A DNA stretch of 64,000 bases, from NCBI RefSeq assembly GCF_009914755.1, contig NC_060925.1. The stretch is one strand, 5' to 3'. The notes under the pieces were generated by a model that was given only the letters and a program-made list of their open reading frames with translations, was not told the origin of the DNA and made no database searches. Position 1 is the first letter of the stretch. The number at the start of each line of letters is the position of its first letter. The translations under genes and the position numbers were made by a program. Origin of the DNA: the human T2T-CHM13v2.0 reference genome, Homo sapiens. Positions 41,480 through 56,376 of the stretch are shown in pieces.

Positions 41480-43830
41480 AACTGAGCTTGTGAAGGGAAA
41501 TAATCAGAAATCTGAGGAACAAAAATGCATATAACTGTAAGGTTACAAACTGAATCATTTATATTACACAAAACAGAATTAATGTAACTGAGAGATTTTA
41601 AAAAATAATAAATAGGTCTAAAATATCCTGAAAACAGGTAAAGGCAAATAATAACAAGTAGAAACAAATGAAGTCGTTGTTATAGAAAACATGTCTGAGT
41701 ACCATAAAAATAGTAGCTAAGGGAAGAGCAGAATGCATATAGCTGGAAAATCATCTCTAGGAACTCCTGAAATAAAGATAAAATGTTTAAAAAAAAGGTT
41801 GGCAATGCAAAAGAAAAATACAGGTATGTGGAGTCCAGTAGTAGGCATATCAATATTCTCATACCTCAACTTCCAGGCACAAAACAGCAAGGAGAGAGGA
41901 AGAAAGTATTGAAATTACGACTAACAGTCCAAAAACAATATAATCTCAAGACCACTTTAAAATTAAAATTTTAAATTTAAAGGAGATTCTAAAAGCTTTG
42001 TGAGTAAGATTATATATTCAACAAAGAAACTATCATTGAATGTTCCAACACTGGGTGCAAGAAAAGTCTTTTCGAAGTATTTAAGACAAAATCCAACCCT
42101 AATATTTTGTACACAGACAAAGTATTTCGATGGAAGAATAAAATACTATGTTCTCTAGAACAGCACTGTGTACAGAATTTTTTGCTCAATATCTATATGT
42201 GAATATTGGATATTGAGCAAAAAATTCATATCGAATAGAGTGGTGCTACAAATGCAAATAAACTACTCCAACAAGAAAATAAGCAAATCAAGGGGGATTA
42301 TATAAATATATTAAAAGTATAAATGAATTAATAGTTTAATTCAGTTTATTGTCATGTGGAAAAGAAACAAAACCATCAAACAAAATATACATGTATTATA
42401 ATCAGAACTAAAGTGCACGTGATAATACAGCTGGGTAAATGAAGAAAACAGAGAAGAGCACATGTTATGAGCATAACAGATTGAAACAGATAAAAATAAA
42501 CGTGTATGCATAGAAATATAAAATATGTATTTTTAAAAATAGCATAAAATGTTGATCCATCTAATGAAAGCCAAGAAAAGGGAAAAATATAAGATATAAA
42601 TAGGGTAAATAAAAATATGAAAAGTAAATTGCAAAATTACGTTCAAATATAATGGTAATTTCAAAATAGTTGAGTTAAACTCATATATTAAAAAAAAACA
42701 GACTCAGATCATTACACAGAATAATTCAGCAATATTTTACCTTGGAAGAGATAAATTAAAAGTTAGGTAAGAGTTGACAACAAGAGATGAAAAAATAAAT
42801 GAAGGAAAGCTTCAGGTAGAAAAGAATTAAATGTAAAAGCAAAGAAAAAGAGGGACTGCATCACATAGGTAAAAGGAAAAATAAATCAAATACATATTGA
42901 AAATAACAAGAGTCTCACAATATATAAAACAACAGATATAATTACAGGAAAAATAGTACATGTATTTGCAGATATTCTTATACTTATTTGAGAAATTTAT
43001 CAAACTAACTAAAGGTATAAAAATGTTAACAGTACTATTAATCTCTAAATATATCCAGGTGAGTTGTGTATACATACACTTTATTTCTCAAAGAAACACA
43101 AATTCATTTTGATTATATTTGGAAAAAAAACAAAATTGTACACTGTCCAGAAGGAAATCTCAACAAATTTGACAAAATTAGCAACTTCAACTTTTTCTGA
43201 TGGTGACAATGAATAAAAATGGAAATAATTAAATATAAATTGCACATATAAAATGTATATAATTCTGTAAATGTAAAATATGAACTTTTATGCATATTAT
43301 GTACATGTTTTTATTAAATATATATTATTTTTTTAATAAAATCATAAAGATTATTTTTAAAATCTTAGAATCAAATGAAAATGGTAACACTGAATTTCAA
43401 AAGTATAAGGATCAACAGACAAGATAGGACTAATAAGGAAATAAATGAGTTTACATATATTTAGCAAAAAGCAAGATGAATTCTAGAAAATTATCAAAAT
43501 CTCTAATTTTAAAAGTTGATGGAAAATGAAGAGAGCAAACCCAGAGGAGACAGAAGGAAGAAAATAATAACTGTGAGAGTAGAGGTCAATAATATAAACA
43601 ACAAGCAGAAACAAATCAATAGAGAAAATTAACAAATTTTTAAAAAAACTGATTTTTAGGAAAGATCAATGAGTTGGCTGAATCTCTGCAAAGAATGAGA
43701 ACATACAAATAATAAATACAGTTTTGAATGTAAAACAGAAATCATTACAAATGTAACAGAAGATTCATAGTTTAATGTAGGAACATAGTGAACAAATACA
43801 CGCTTATCAACTTGGAGACCTGTGGAACTT
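41480..43830 (+). mobile_element. Highly decayed L1M (ORF1 to ORF2 endonuclease region)
   Basis: Very A-rich strand with L1 relic motifs (GAAATCTCAACAAATTT, TAGAATCAAATGAAAATGGTAACAC, GGAAAGATCAATGAG). Confidence 0.6.
42175..42227. repeat. Perfect 19-bp inverted repeat with 15-nt spacer, in MER3-like remnant
   Basis: GAATTTTTTGCTCAATATC (42175-93) / GATATTGAGCAAAAAATTC (42209-27). Confidence 0.95.
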
Positions 43831-43849
43831 AAGAGACAACAAATAGCCT

Positions 43850-44640
43850 TTTATAGTCTGATATTTTTTATCTTTTCATATATTTCAAATGATTTTTCAT
43901 TAAAGTTTTATTAATTTTCATGTATCATAATTATAAAATCTGCTTTAAAATTTTTATCTGGTAATTTCAATATCTGGGATTATCTTGTAGATGATATATT
44001 GTTATTGTCTTTTTCTTGAGAATAAGTCACATTTCCCTGAGCAAATATAATATTATATATTCATGATCAAATACAATATCATGTATACTCTGGCTTCTGT
44101 TTTAAACCTCTGAAAATTACTGAGGTTGTTGTTTTAGAAGGCAGAGAATACTGTTGGGTTTACCCTCTCAATTCTGTGTCACTTTTATGTGGGTTGGTTC
44201 CAATCTCAGTTCGGACCTTAAGTCTTTGCTACACTGATTTGAGTCTGATCTATACATGTATGGATAAGAAGCTAGCCTGGAACTGGTGTGTTCACATATA
44301 GACGTAGAGGATCTCTTTATCTTGTTTTCTCCCTTTTTTCTCTACTCTTCCCTGTTTGTTCTCCAATCTGCATGGGCTCCTTTCCTTGGTTTCTCTGGCC
44401 CTAAGAATGACATAATTTCTATCAACATTTTTACCTCTATCAGAGTGTGGTTCCCTGACTGGGAATTACTGTTGGAACACAATCTTGAGATTTCTTTTTT
44501 TTACTCTCCTCCACAATCTGCCTGCTTTTGTTTATGTTTGCAAGTCCTCATGTAATTGATTTTGTGAGTCACAGAATTTACAGTCGTAATCAGCGGCAGG
44601 GATGGGCTGAAGCTGATCACAGCAGTGAATTGGGAACTCT
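43850..44640 (-). mobile_element. Old L1M 5' region fragment
   Basis: T-rich antisense L1M-like sequence (GCTTTAAAATTTTTATCTGGTAATTTCAATATCTGG, GTCACATTTCCCTG). Confidence 0.5.
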
Positions 44641-44754
44641 CCACCAGGTTTTGTATTCAGATTTCTGGATACTGAATAACTCAACAATGTACTATTATTG
44701 TCCCTACCTCCTTTAAGATCTTTGAGATATTCATTGCATTTTCATTTTAAAACT

Positions 44755-45138
44755 GTATTTTTATTGAGAAACTACCAAGTACTAAGCACTGGGAAGACAG
44801 GGATGAAAGAGAAAAATCTCTGTTTTCAAGAAGTTTGGAAATCAAGAATGAAGAAAGTTCAGCTTAGTAAGTAAACAAACACTTTGATAAGGATAGCAGT
44901 AGAGACTTGTAGAGGATGCTGTGAGAATTCAGATGAAGAGTCCTTGGGATAGCCTGTTAACTCTTCCAAGAAGAAGCTACTTCTGAGCTAAATCTTCAAC
45001 CACCCAGGTGAAAAAGTGAGGGATAAGGAAGACAGTCCAAGGTATAGAGCAAACAAAAGGAAAAATAATCTTGACTGGTTGGGGCTGGTGGTAAGAAATT
45101 TAGTGAAATTACATAAATCAATATAACGTACTGTAGGA
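44755..45138 (-). mobile_element. L2 (left part; continues ~47919-48410 after the L1PA insertion)
   Basis: TTTATTGAGAAACTACCAAGTACTAAGCACTGGG; L2-like sequence resumes right after the L1 TSD. Confidence 0.6.
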
Positions 45139-45153
45139 AGGATGTGGGATATT

Positions 45154-48193
<3,040 letters not shown>

Positions 48194-48562
48194 CTAGGAT
48201 ATATCCAATTCTTGCTTCTTTTATAAGGCAAGTAGTTCTATCAAGAATAAGTTTAGGAATCGTGGATTGCATCTAGATGGAAAAATGTTTGTTTTAGATT
48301 ATGTTGCAACTTGAGATGCCTCTGAGTTTCTCAAGTAGACACTTCCGGGCACTTGGGTAAACACAACTGGAATACAAATATATGTTAGGGTTGGATGTAC
48401 GTCTTTGAGGGATCATGGAATTATAGAAGTAAGAGATCGAAGGGACATTAGAAATTATTTATTTTAATTGTATCATTTTTCATAAACACCTATCTAAATA
48501 GCGAGTTAAAGTGACTTGTTCGGTTGACAGTCTCAGTCGAGCTGGGGTCAAATGTTGATATA

Positions 48563-48908
48563 CAGTCATGCATCGCTTAAAAACAGAGATACATTCTGAG
48601 AAATGTGTCTTTGGTCAATTTCATCATTGTGCAAACATCACAGAGTGTACGTACGCAAACCTAATGGTATAGCCTACCACACAGCAAGGCTATAGGACAC
48701 AGCCTATTGCATTTACTGTCCTGTATAGCATGTTACTGTACTGAATACTGTAGGCAAATATAACACAGTGGTATTTGTGTGCCTAAATATATCTAGACAT
48801 AGAAATGCTACAGTAAAAATATGGTATTATAATTATGTGGGACCACTGTCATATAGTCACATATGCAATCCATCATTGATCAAAATGTTGTTATGTGGTA
48901 CATAAGTG
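48563..48908. mobile_element. Tigger3a/MER7A (TcMar) inserted in a MIR
   Basis: TA-CAGTCATGCATCGCTTAA ... GTTATGTGGTACATAAGTG-TA terminal inverted repeats with TA TSD. Confidence 0.88.
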
Positions 48909-50539
48909 TATTGTATTTCCATCTGGGGATATTAGTGCCATGCTGCCCTGCACTACTGTTCGGTGTATGTAGAGTAATGCTGTTCTAGAAACTAAAAAGC
49001 ACATATTCAGATACCAGGTATGTCAGTGAAAAGGTAGGTTTTATTTTGTGAAATTTTTAGAAAGTGACTTTCATTCTTTCTTACAATTTGTGTTTAAATT
49101 TCCAATGATAAAGGCAATGGACATAGAATAGAAGAATGGGAAAACTAGTAGAAATAATGAAGGGATAGAATTTGAGTTTGACTAGACCTGAGCTAGATGA
49201 ATGATTTGAAAGATAAGTGCCTGAACCAGCTGACAACCTTTAAAGGAAGTAATATATATAAAAAGTGCCTAGCAGAGAATCTGGCACAATAATAAGCTCC
49301 CACTCAAGCGATTGCAGCTTTATTAGCTTAAAAACACAGCCACTGAGGTTATTCCTACAGTGTTCATTACAATGTGAAAGAATATTCTGAAACTAATGGT
49401 CTAGAAGCCGTAAAGCAGTGAGCATTTCAAGGAATACAAGAGTTACCCAGGTGTGTAGTTATCACCTGAGGATAACTTTCTTGTTCAACAAGTTTCTTCC
49501 TGCAAATGAAACAAAACATTACCATTGATGAATTCACTATTTTCTCCAGAAGCATATACGCAATGCTTGAAATAGTCAGAATTTCTCCATAACTGCTAGA
49601 AAATCAGCTTATGGATCAAAACCAGAGGTACTTTTGCAATAATAGCCCAAAGATAATTTAGAAATTTTTGAGATTAACAGAAGAGATTAATTCCCACCTG
49701 TCAATGTAATCGAACTTGTCTTCGTCCTCAACTTTTAACAAATATAGATGTCATGACTATTCAAGAATACCTTGATTAAGTTTATTATGTCAGCTTTGAG
49801 ATGAAAAGGAGTGGTTAAGTTGAGCTGGCTTGTATCGTCATTTCAACAAATGTACATTATATTCATAAGGATCAAAACCACAGATATGTGAAAAACAGCA
49901 TGAAGCATCAAAGTGCAGTTAAGCTATTTAAGTCACTCTGTTCCACGCTCAAATGTCTGTCCAGTGAAGCACTGCTCCACCGCCAGTCTTGCTAACTGAA
50001 AGACTACCCTGGAATCTTTCTATAAATGTTACATATTGAAGAAAGTGTCTGTGCTCATTAAAAAAAAAGGCAACAACCAAAAAACAGTAATATGTCATAA
50101 TCCTGGTAATTATCAGCCTGCAACAATTTGAGCATACAAATATTTTCTTAAGTTTCATGAGTCAGGTAGGCCCTTGGATGAAATGGTCTCTTAGGGGTCA
50201 CTTGAAGAATCTATGGTGCTGCAGTTTGTTCAGTGATATGTAGCAGCTCCTCTCTAGCCCTACAGAAAACCCTAATTCTCAAAATTCTGTTAAAATCTCT
50301 TGATCTAGTTAAGCGAGTGTTTCAACTTCCAGGCTTTATAAATTTATACACAAAAATTTACAGAAATTCTTTACAGTGACTGAGAATGTTAAGCTATAAA
50401 CTCTTTCTGAGGGAATCTTTGGATTTTGTTAATGCTTTGTGATCATGACTCTTACTCTATTTTTAAATTTCCTTAGTAGCTAACACAATGTTTGGCACTA
50501 ATTATCAATACTATTACATATCATCACAGATTAATCATA

Positions 50540-51440
50540 ACACTAAATTACAGTCAACAAAGACAAATCTTAGGTGATTTAAGCAAAAATGGAGTTTGGA
50601 TTGGGTATTTAGTAGTTTCTAAGGTTTCAGGGAAAGCTGGAAAATTGGAGCATCTGCAAAGGAAAGCTATGCAGTCAAAATCAGAGTAAAAATCACTCCA
50701 AAATATGGAGCTCTGGGATAGTGCTACTGCCTGCTGCCATTACCACACCCCGGAACCTGAGGCTGGGTCCACACAGGTGCTACTGGCCCCAAGCTGCTGT
50801 CACTATCACTGCTGGCCCTGCCACCCATGGAAAGGGACGTCGCTGCCACTCTACTTACTTGCAGAAGCAACTCTTCACTCTATTCATTTTGAATCCATTT
50901 CTTTTTTATTTATTTATTTATTTATTTTTTATTATTATACTCTAAGTTTTAGGGTACATGTGCACATTGTGCAGGTTAGTTACATACGTATACATGTGCC
51001 ATGCTGGTGTGCTGCACCCACTAACTCGTCATCTAGCATTAGGTATATCTCCCAATGCTATCCCTCCCCCCTCCCCCCCACCCCACAACAGTCCCCAGAG
51101 TGTGATGTTCCCCTTCCTGTGTCCATGTGATCTCATTGTTCAATTCCCACCTATGAGTGAGAATATGCGGTGTTTGGTTTTTTGTTCTTGCGATAGTTTA
51201 CTGAGAATGATGATTTCCAATTTCATCCATGTCCCTACAAAGGACATGAACTCATCATTTTTTATGGCTGCATAGTATTCCATGGTGTATATGTGCCACA
51301 TTTTCTTAATCCAGTCTATCATTGTTGGAATCCATTTCCTTAGATTTGAAATCTCAGGGGCTACTTCTAATCAGTCACCCTTAGGCCATGTGCATACGCC
51401 TCAGCTCCCTGGGGACAGAGAAGGCAAATGGATGACTTTT
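50540..51440. mobile_element. Old MLT1 (K/L-like) LTR interrupted by a young L1
   Basis: GTGATTTAAGCAAAAATGGAGTTT..; CTTAGGCCATGTGC..CCCTGGGGACAGAGAAGG. Confidence 0.5.
50902..51327 (-). mobile_element. 5'-truncated L1PA2-like element (~430 bp)
   Basis: Near-consensus young L1 3' end, (TAAA)n tail, TSD GAATCCATTTC (50891-901, 51328-38); GAG diagnostic (CTAACTCGTC). Confidence 0.95.
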
Positions 51441-52235
51441 CTCCTAGACTCATTAACTAGAAAATTCCTCAGAATTAGATAGCTAAAAGACTGATAATAG
51501 CTGTTGAATAAGTGAGTAGATAAAGGTATAAGTGAGTTAACACAGTTACCTTGCATCAAAAATAATCCACTTGAAATAAAGATTAATATACTGCAATACA
51601 GAGATGTAAAAAGTCTATCATATTTTATTAAATAGAAAGATATCCACAGTGAGCATCTGACTGTGCAATCTAAAAAAATTAAAAAACAGCAGTTATTAGA
51701 AAGCTAAGGAGAAGGAACAAAAAGAGAAACAGTGGTTGTAGCATTAAGGAAATGGCAATGTGTCTACACTCTGTTCTATTCTGTAAGTTTTAGAAATTTA
51801 GGTTGAGGAATAAAACTGCTATCAATAGCTTATTTACTGAAAAAGGTTATAAAAGTACCATTGCAGTGAAACCCAAACAGGTCTGATAATTCCTTATTAA
51901 CCCTGTCTGTGCCCAGATGGAAGAGAAAAAAGAAAGAGAGCTAAATAGCCCACAGTGAAGATGTTTGTGTGATTAGTTCAAACAATTCACTTCACCTCTA
52001 TGGAGAGGAGAAAGGAGTAGAGCAGTAAGTTATGATTATTTAGGAAAATAGACAAATATCTTAGAGAATTAAGAGAAATTCAATAATTTTTGAAATATAA
52101 TTTAATTATTAAATAATTTAAGAAATTCACTTTAATCATTATTAAATAATAATAATAATTATTAAATTCCATTAATATTCTTGAACTTTCATTCTTAAGT
52201 TTCAGATTTCACTATTAATCCTAGGATTATCCAGG

Positions 52236-52703
52236 TGTAACCATTCCACTTGTGTGTCCCTCCAAATTTCCTGTGTTAAAGTCCTAACCACTAGTACCTC
52301 AGAATGTAACCTTATTTGGAGATACTTTCATTGTAGATTTAATTAGTTAAGATGAAGGAATACTGGAGTGGATTGGCCCCCTCATCCAATAGGACAGATT
52401 CTCCTTATAGAAAGGGGAAATTTGGACACAGAAACACACACAGGGAGAACACCTGATAAACACAATAAGGGTGATTCTTCTACATGCCAACGAATATCAA
52501 AGATCACCAGCAAACTGCCAGAAGCTAGGAGAGAGCCATAGTTGCTGAGAGGGATGGTTCCTCACAGCTCTCAAAAAGAACCAACCCTCCCAACAACTTG
52601 ATCTCAGACTTCAAGCTTCCAGAACTGGGACACAATACATACCTGTTTTTTAAAGCTATTCAGTTTGTAGTACTTTGTACTACAGACCTAGAAAACTAGT
52701 ACA
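52236..52703 (+). mobile_element. MLT1B/C solo LTR
   Basis: GTCCTAACCACTAGTACCTCAGAATGTAACCTTATTTGGA ... CCTAGAAAACTAGTACA. Confidence 0.88.
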
Positions 52704-52899
52704 CAGCTCTAAGGAGATCAGGAGAAGTAAGGACAGTCCTGTTCCCTACACACCAAAGACACTAATTACAACCACCTTCCTTCGAGGCTTTTTTCTTTTT
52801 AGTTCACTATTTTCTTCCTTCTACTTTTCTATTCCTTCCACTCTTCAGGACCAACCAAGTTCCTTTGAAGAAGTAAGCACTTGCGGTCTCCACGCTCTT

Positions 52900-53478
52900 G
52901 TTTCATTCTAACACCTTCAACTAGAGCAGTCTAACTTGTCACCTACCACTTCATTGAAATTACCTTCTTAAGATTATGAGTGACTCAGTATTACACTCAT
53001 TACATAATGTTCAAATCTCTGTTTAAATTGTTCTCTTCTCTAGATTTATTGACTATTATATATTTCTTGGCTATTTTGACATAGTTTTCAGCCATTTCAT
53101 TTAGCTCTTGTGGATTCCAAGACCTAAACTCATTCTTCTTCTCTTCTTCTCCCTCTGTGAATCTACCCGTAAGTGATTTTACAGATATTACCTCTATACT
53201 GATTGCGTTAGAGTCTACATTTTTAATTGTGATCATTTCATGAGCTCTATATACCTATTTCCAACATTCTCATAGACATTTCCACTTGAAATTCATAGAC
53301 ATTTCATGCAAGGATGAAATTCTGATCTTTACTGCTCTGAACGCCTGCTATTGAAGCACTAAATTCAGGTTTTACTCTTCCACAGCTCCTTTGTAGATAA
53401 TTTTACCAAAAGACACTCAAAGACTTAGGAGTCATCTTAGTCTCCATCTCATTCCACATCCATTAAATCATCAAGACT
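52900..53478 (+). mobile_element. L2 fragment
   Basis: GACATTTCCACTTGAA, GACTTAGGAGTCATCTT..CCACATCCATTAAATCATCAAG. Confidence 0.55.
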
Positions 53479-53483
53479 GGTAG

Positions 53484-54186
53484 TGTAAGAGTTGAAGAAG
53501 GAAGGAAGAAACACGAAAAGCTGCTCAACAGGTTTATTTTACAGAATAAACTTGACAGAGGCTTCTGGCCGAGTTAGGTCATGAGCCTTCTCTGTTACAG
53601 ACTAAGGGTATTTAAGGGTTCAGGGGCTCATGAGGAGGGGATGCCTTATCCTCCTAGGGCCCGATGGTTCAGTTAGGACCAGATGTGCTGTCTGTATAGA
53701 GCAGAGTTTTCATCAGCTCTCACTCCATTCTCAGACCACATAGGCCAACTTTTAGTCTGTGTCTCTTTGTCTTGTTTATCTGGGAGGGAGAGGTTTTGTG
53801 TCTGTTCCCATACGTCTTTCTGCACCTGCAGGCATATCACCAAAGTCTGCGTTTAGCTTCCCTATCTTAGTGCACCTAAAAGGAAAGGAATGTGTTTATT
53901 AGGGCCCACTCCCTATCTTAGTGCACCTAAAGGAAAAGGAAATGTGTTTATTAGGGCCCACTGTTTTACTGGGGCCCATTGTATAAGTATGAAGTTTGGT
54001 AGTTACCCAAAAGACTTTCCCTCCTCCTTCTGTGCCAAGCTGCCTTATCCATGTTTTGCTGTCTGCTCTTTCTGGCTGTTTGTTGTTAGAAGAGAAGTGA
54101 TTTCCTTGAAATGCATGAGGTTACAAAGGAAGCTGGAACTTAAAATGGCGGTGTTTGTCCAAGATGACAGTGCTCCTGCTCTGTCA
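53484..54186 (-). mobile_element. MER50-like ERV1 solo LTR
   Basis: TGTAAGAGTTGAAGAA ... CAAGATGACAGTGCTCCTGCTCTGTCA; flanked by GGTAG direct repeats (53479-83, 54187-91). Confidence 0.85.
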
Positions 54187-54482
54187 GGTAGAAAATTTTT
54201 TCTTACAAACAAAATTTCAAATATCATAAGATGTTTGACTCTTCTTTATTATCAACTGCACAGTATATTCTTCAGCATACACAGCAACATTTGACATTTG
54301 CTTAATATCCTGAGCTATAATGTATATATTATACAATTCCAGCAAGTTTTGGTGTCTACCTCAAGATCAAGTAATGTGTGCTTCCTCTGTTCTTTTAGTA
54401 TCTATTCTACTACTGAGAGTACTGGGTTTTTTTTTTTTTCCTTCTATTCCCTCATTACCACCTAAAGAGAGTACTGGTTTGT

Positions 54483-54797
<315 letters not shown>

Positions 54798-55755
54798 AGA
54801 GAGAGAGAAAACTGGTTTTTAATTTCCCTGCTTAGTTTTTGTATATTCCCTAGGATGTGAGCTCTTCAGAATAGAGTCTACAGTTTATGGCTCAACATCT
54901 AACACAGTGATTGTAGCTTTGATTAACTGTGTTTCTTTGATAATTGAAAGCCACTAGAAGGTTTGGAAGTACTTGTTACTTTCAACAATATTATAACTGT
55001 AAAGAGATATAGAGGGAAAGCACTTTTACACCGATTGACTGAACTTGAATGGCTTCCTCTGAATGTTAGAATTCCCCAAACAGTAAGATACCACTGACTT
55101 AAGTTTTCTCACCTCCCGATGGTAAAACATGTACTACTTTATCCTTGGGATATTGTTGAGATATGAAGCCGCACTAACCTGAATTGTAATACACCGCTCT
55201 CTCATGAAAAAAAAGAACATATTTCAGTTTTCTCTTTCTCCGTGTGTATATTTTACTGGAAACAAGACAAGTTAAGTCTCCAAAAGGAAATCTAGGTGTT
55301 GCATATAGTAGAAAATCATAAGCTGGCAAAGGACACACCAAAGTCCAACCCTCCTTCCTTTCCTTTCCCGCCACATTTATTTTACAAATTTATCTTTTAC
55401 AACCAATTCTATTTCAACAAATTTTTCCATGACAAAAAAAATTACAGAATATATAAATTAAAATGGTAGAGGAAATAAATCTGTGGTGCTATCTAGAATG
55501 CTGGTGAGGCTTGTATGTCTTTGGAAAAGAAGCTGATATGACCAAATGAAAGAAATATTCTTCCAGCTTAAATTATCAACCCCTTAGAATTTTAACACCA
55601 CCAAAACAGAATGTCCACTGTAAAAAATGACTCTTCCCCTTGAGAATCAATTTTCTGTAAGTTAATAAAATGATAAACTGCTAAAACTGAAGTAACATGA
55701 AAAGTCACAGAATGCAAAGCACTGGATGAATAATGATGGTTCTAGTTCTGTTTTC

Positions 55756-55899
55756 TTTTTTTTTTTTTTTTATTATACTCTAAGTTTTAGGGTACATGTG
55801 CACATTGTGCAGGTTAGTTACATATGTATACATGTGCCATGCTGGTGCGCTGCACCCACTAACGTGTCATCTAGCATTAGGTATATCTCCCAATGCTAT
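55756..55899 (-). mobile_element. Severely 5'-truncated L1HS pre-Ta (144 bp)
   Basis: T16 tail; TATACTCTAAG (G diagnostic, C55780); CTAACGTGTC = ACG trinucleotide (55863-65). Confidence 0.92.
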
Positions 55900-56077
55900 T
55901 CTACTACTTAGAATGCACAGGTGTCCAATACACACTCTACTTTTAAGAACCTACCTTCCTAAAAAACTTGTTGCTCTGGTTGTCCTGAAATAAGAGATCG
56001 TAGGCATGCATGTCTTATGTATTAAAAAGTTAAAATGAAACAATGGAGTCTGGAGATAACGTTTTGTGAGTTAACAC

Positions 56078-56376
56078 TAGAGTTAGCAAACTCATATGTT
56101 CTCAATGAAAGTAACAAGAATGAATAAAGTAGTATCATTTGGTGTGAAGGTATCAGTACTTATAAAGGTGATGGCCACTGTTCATCTACAAAAAAAAAAA
56201 AAAAGGCTGGTCTAATGATACCAGGTTTTCAGAAATTATTTTCATAGAAGAAATCTAAACATATATTAATCTAAAATCTTCCATATTTAAATATTAATTC
56301 ATTCTGTTACAACATTGTGCAGGCAAAGCAAAAGAAGTCTGTTGTCTTGCCTGCAGGCAGCCAATTGCTACCTCTG
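56078..56376 (-). mobile_element. hAT-Charlie MER102-like
   Basis: TAGAGTTAGCAAACT ... GCAGCCAATTGCTACCTCTG termini. Confidence 0.55.

Noticed and set aside
52080-52180. AT-rich quasi-palindromic stretch
   Set aside because: Low complexity with no long exact arms
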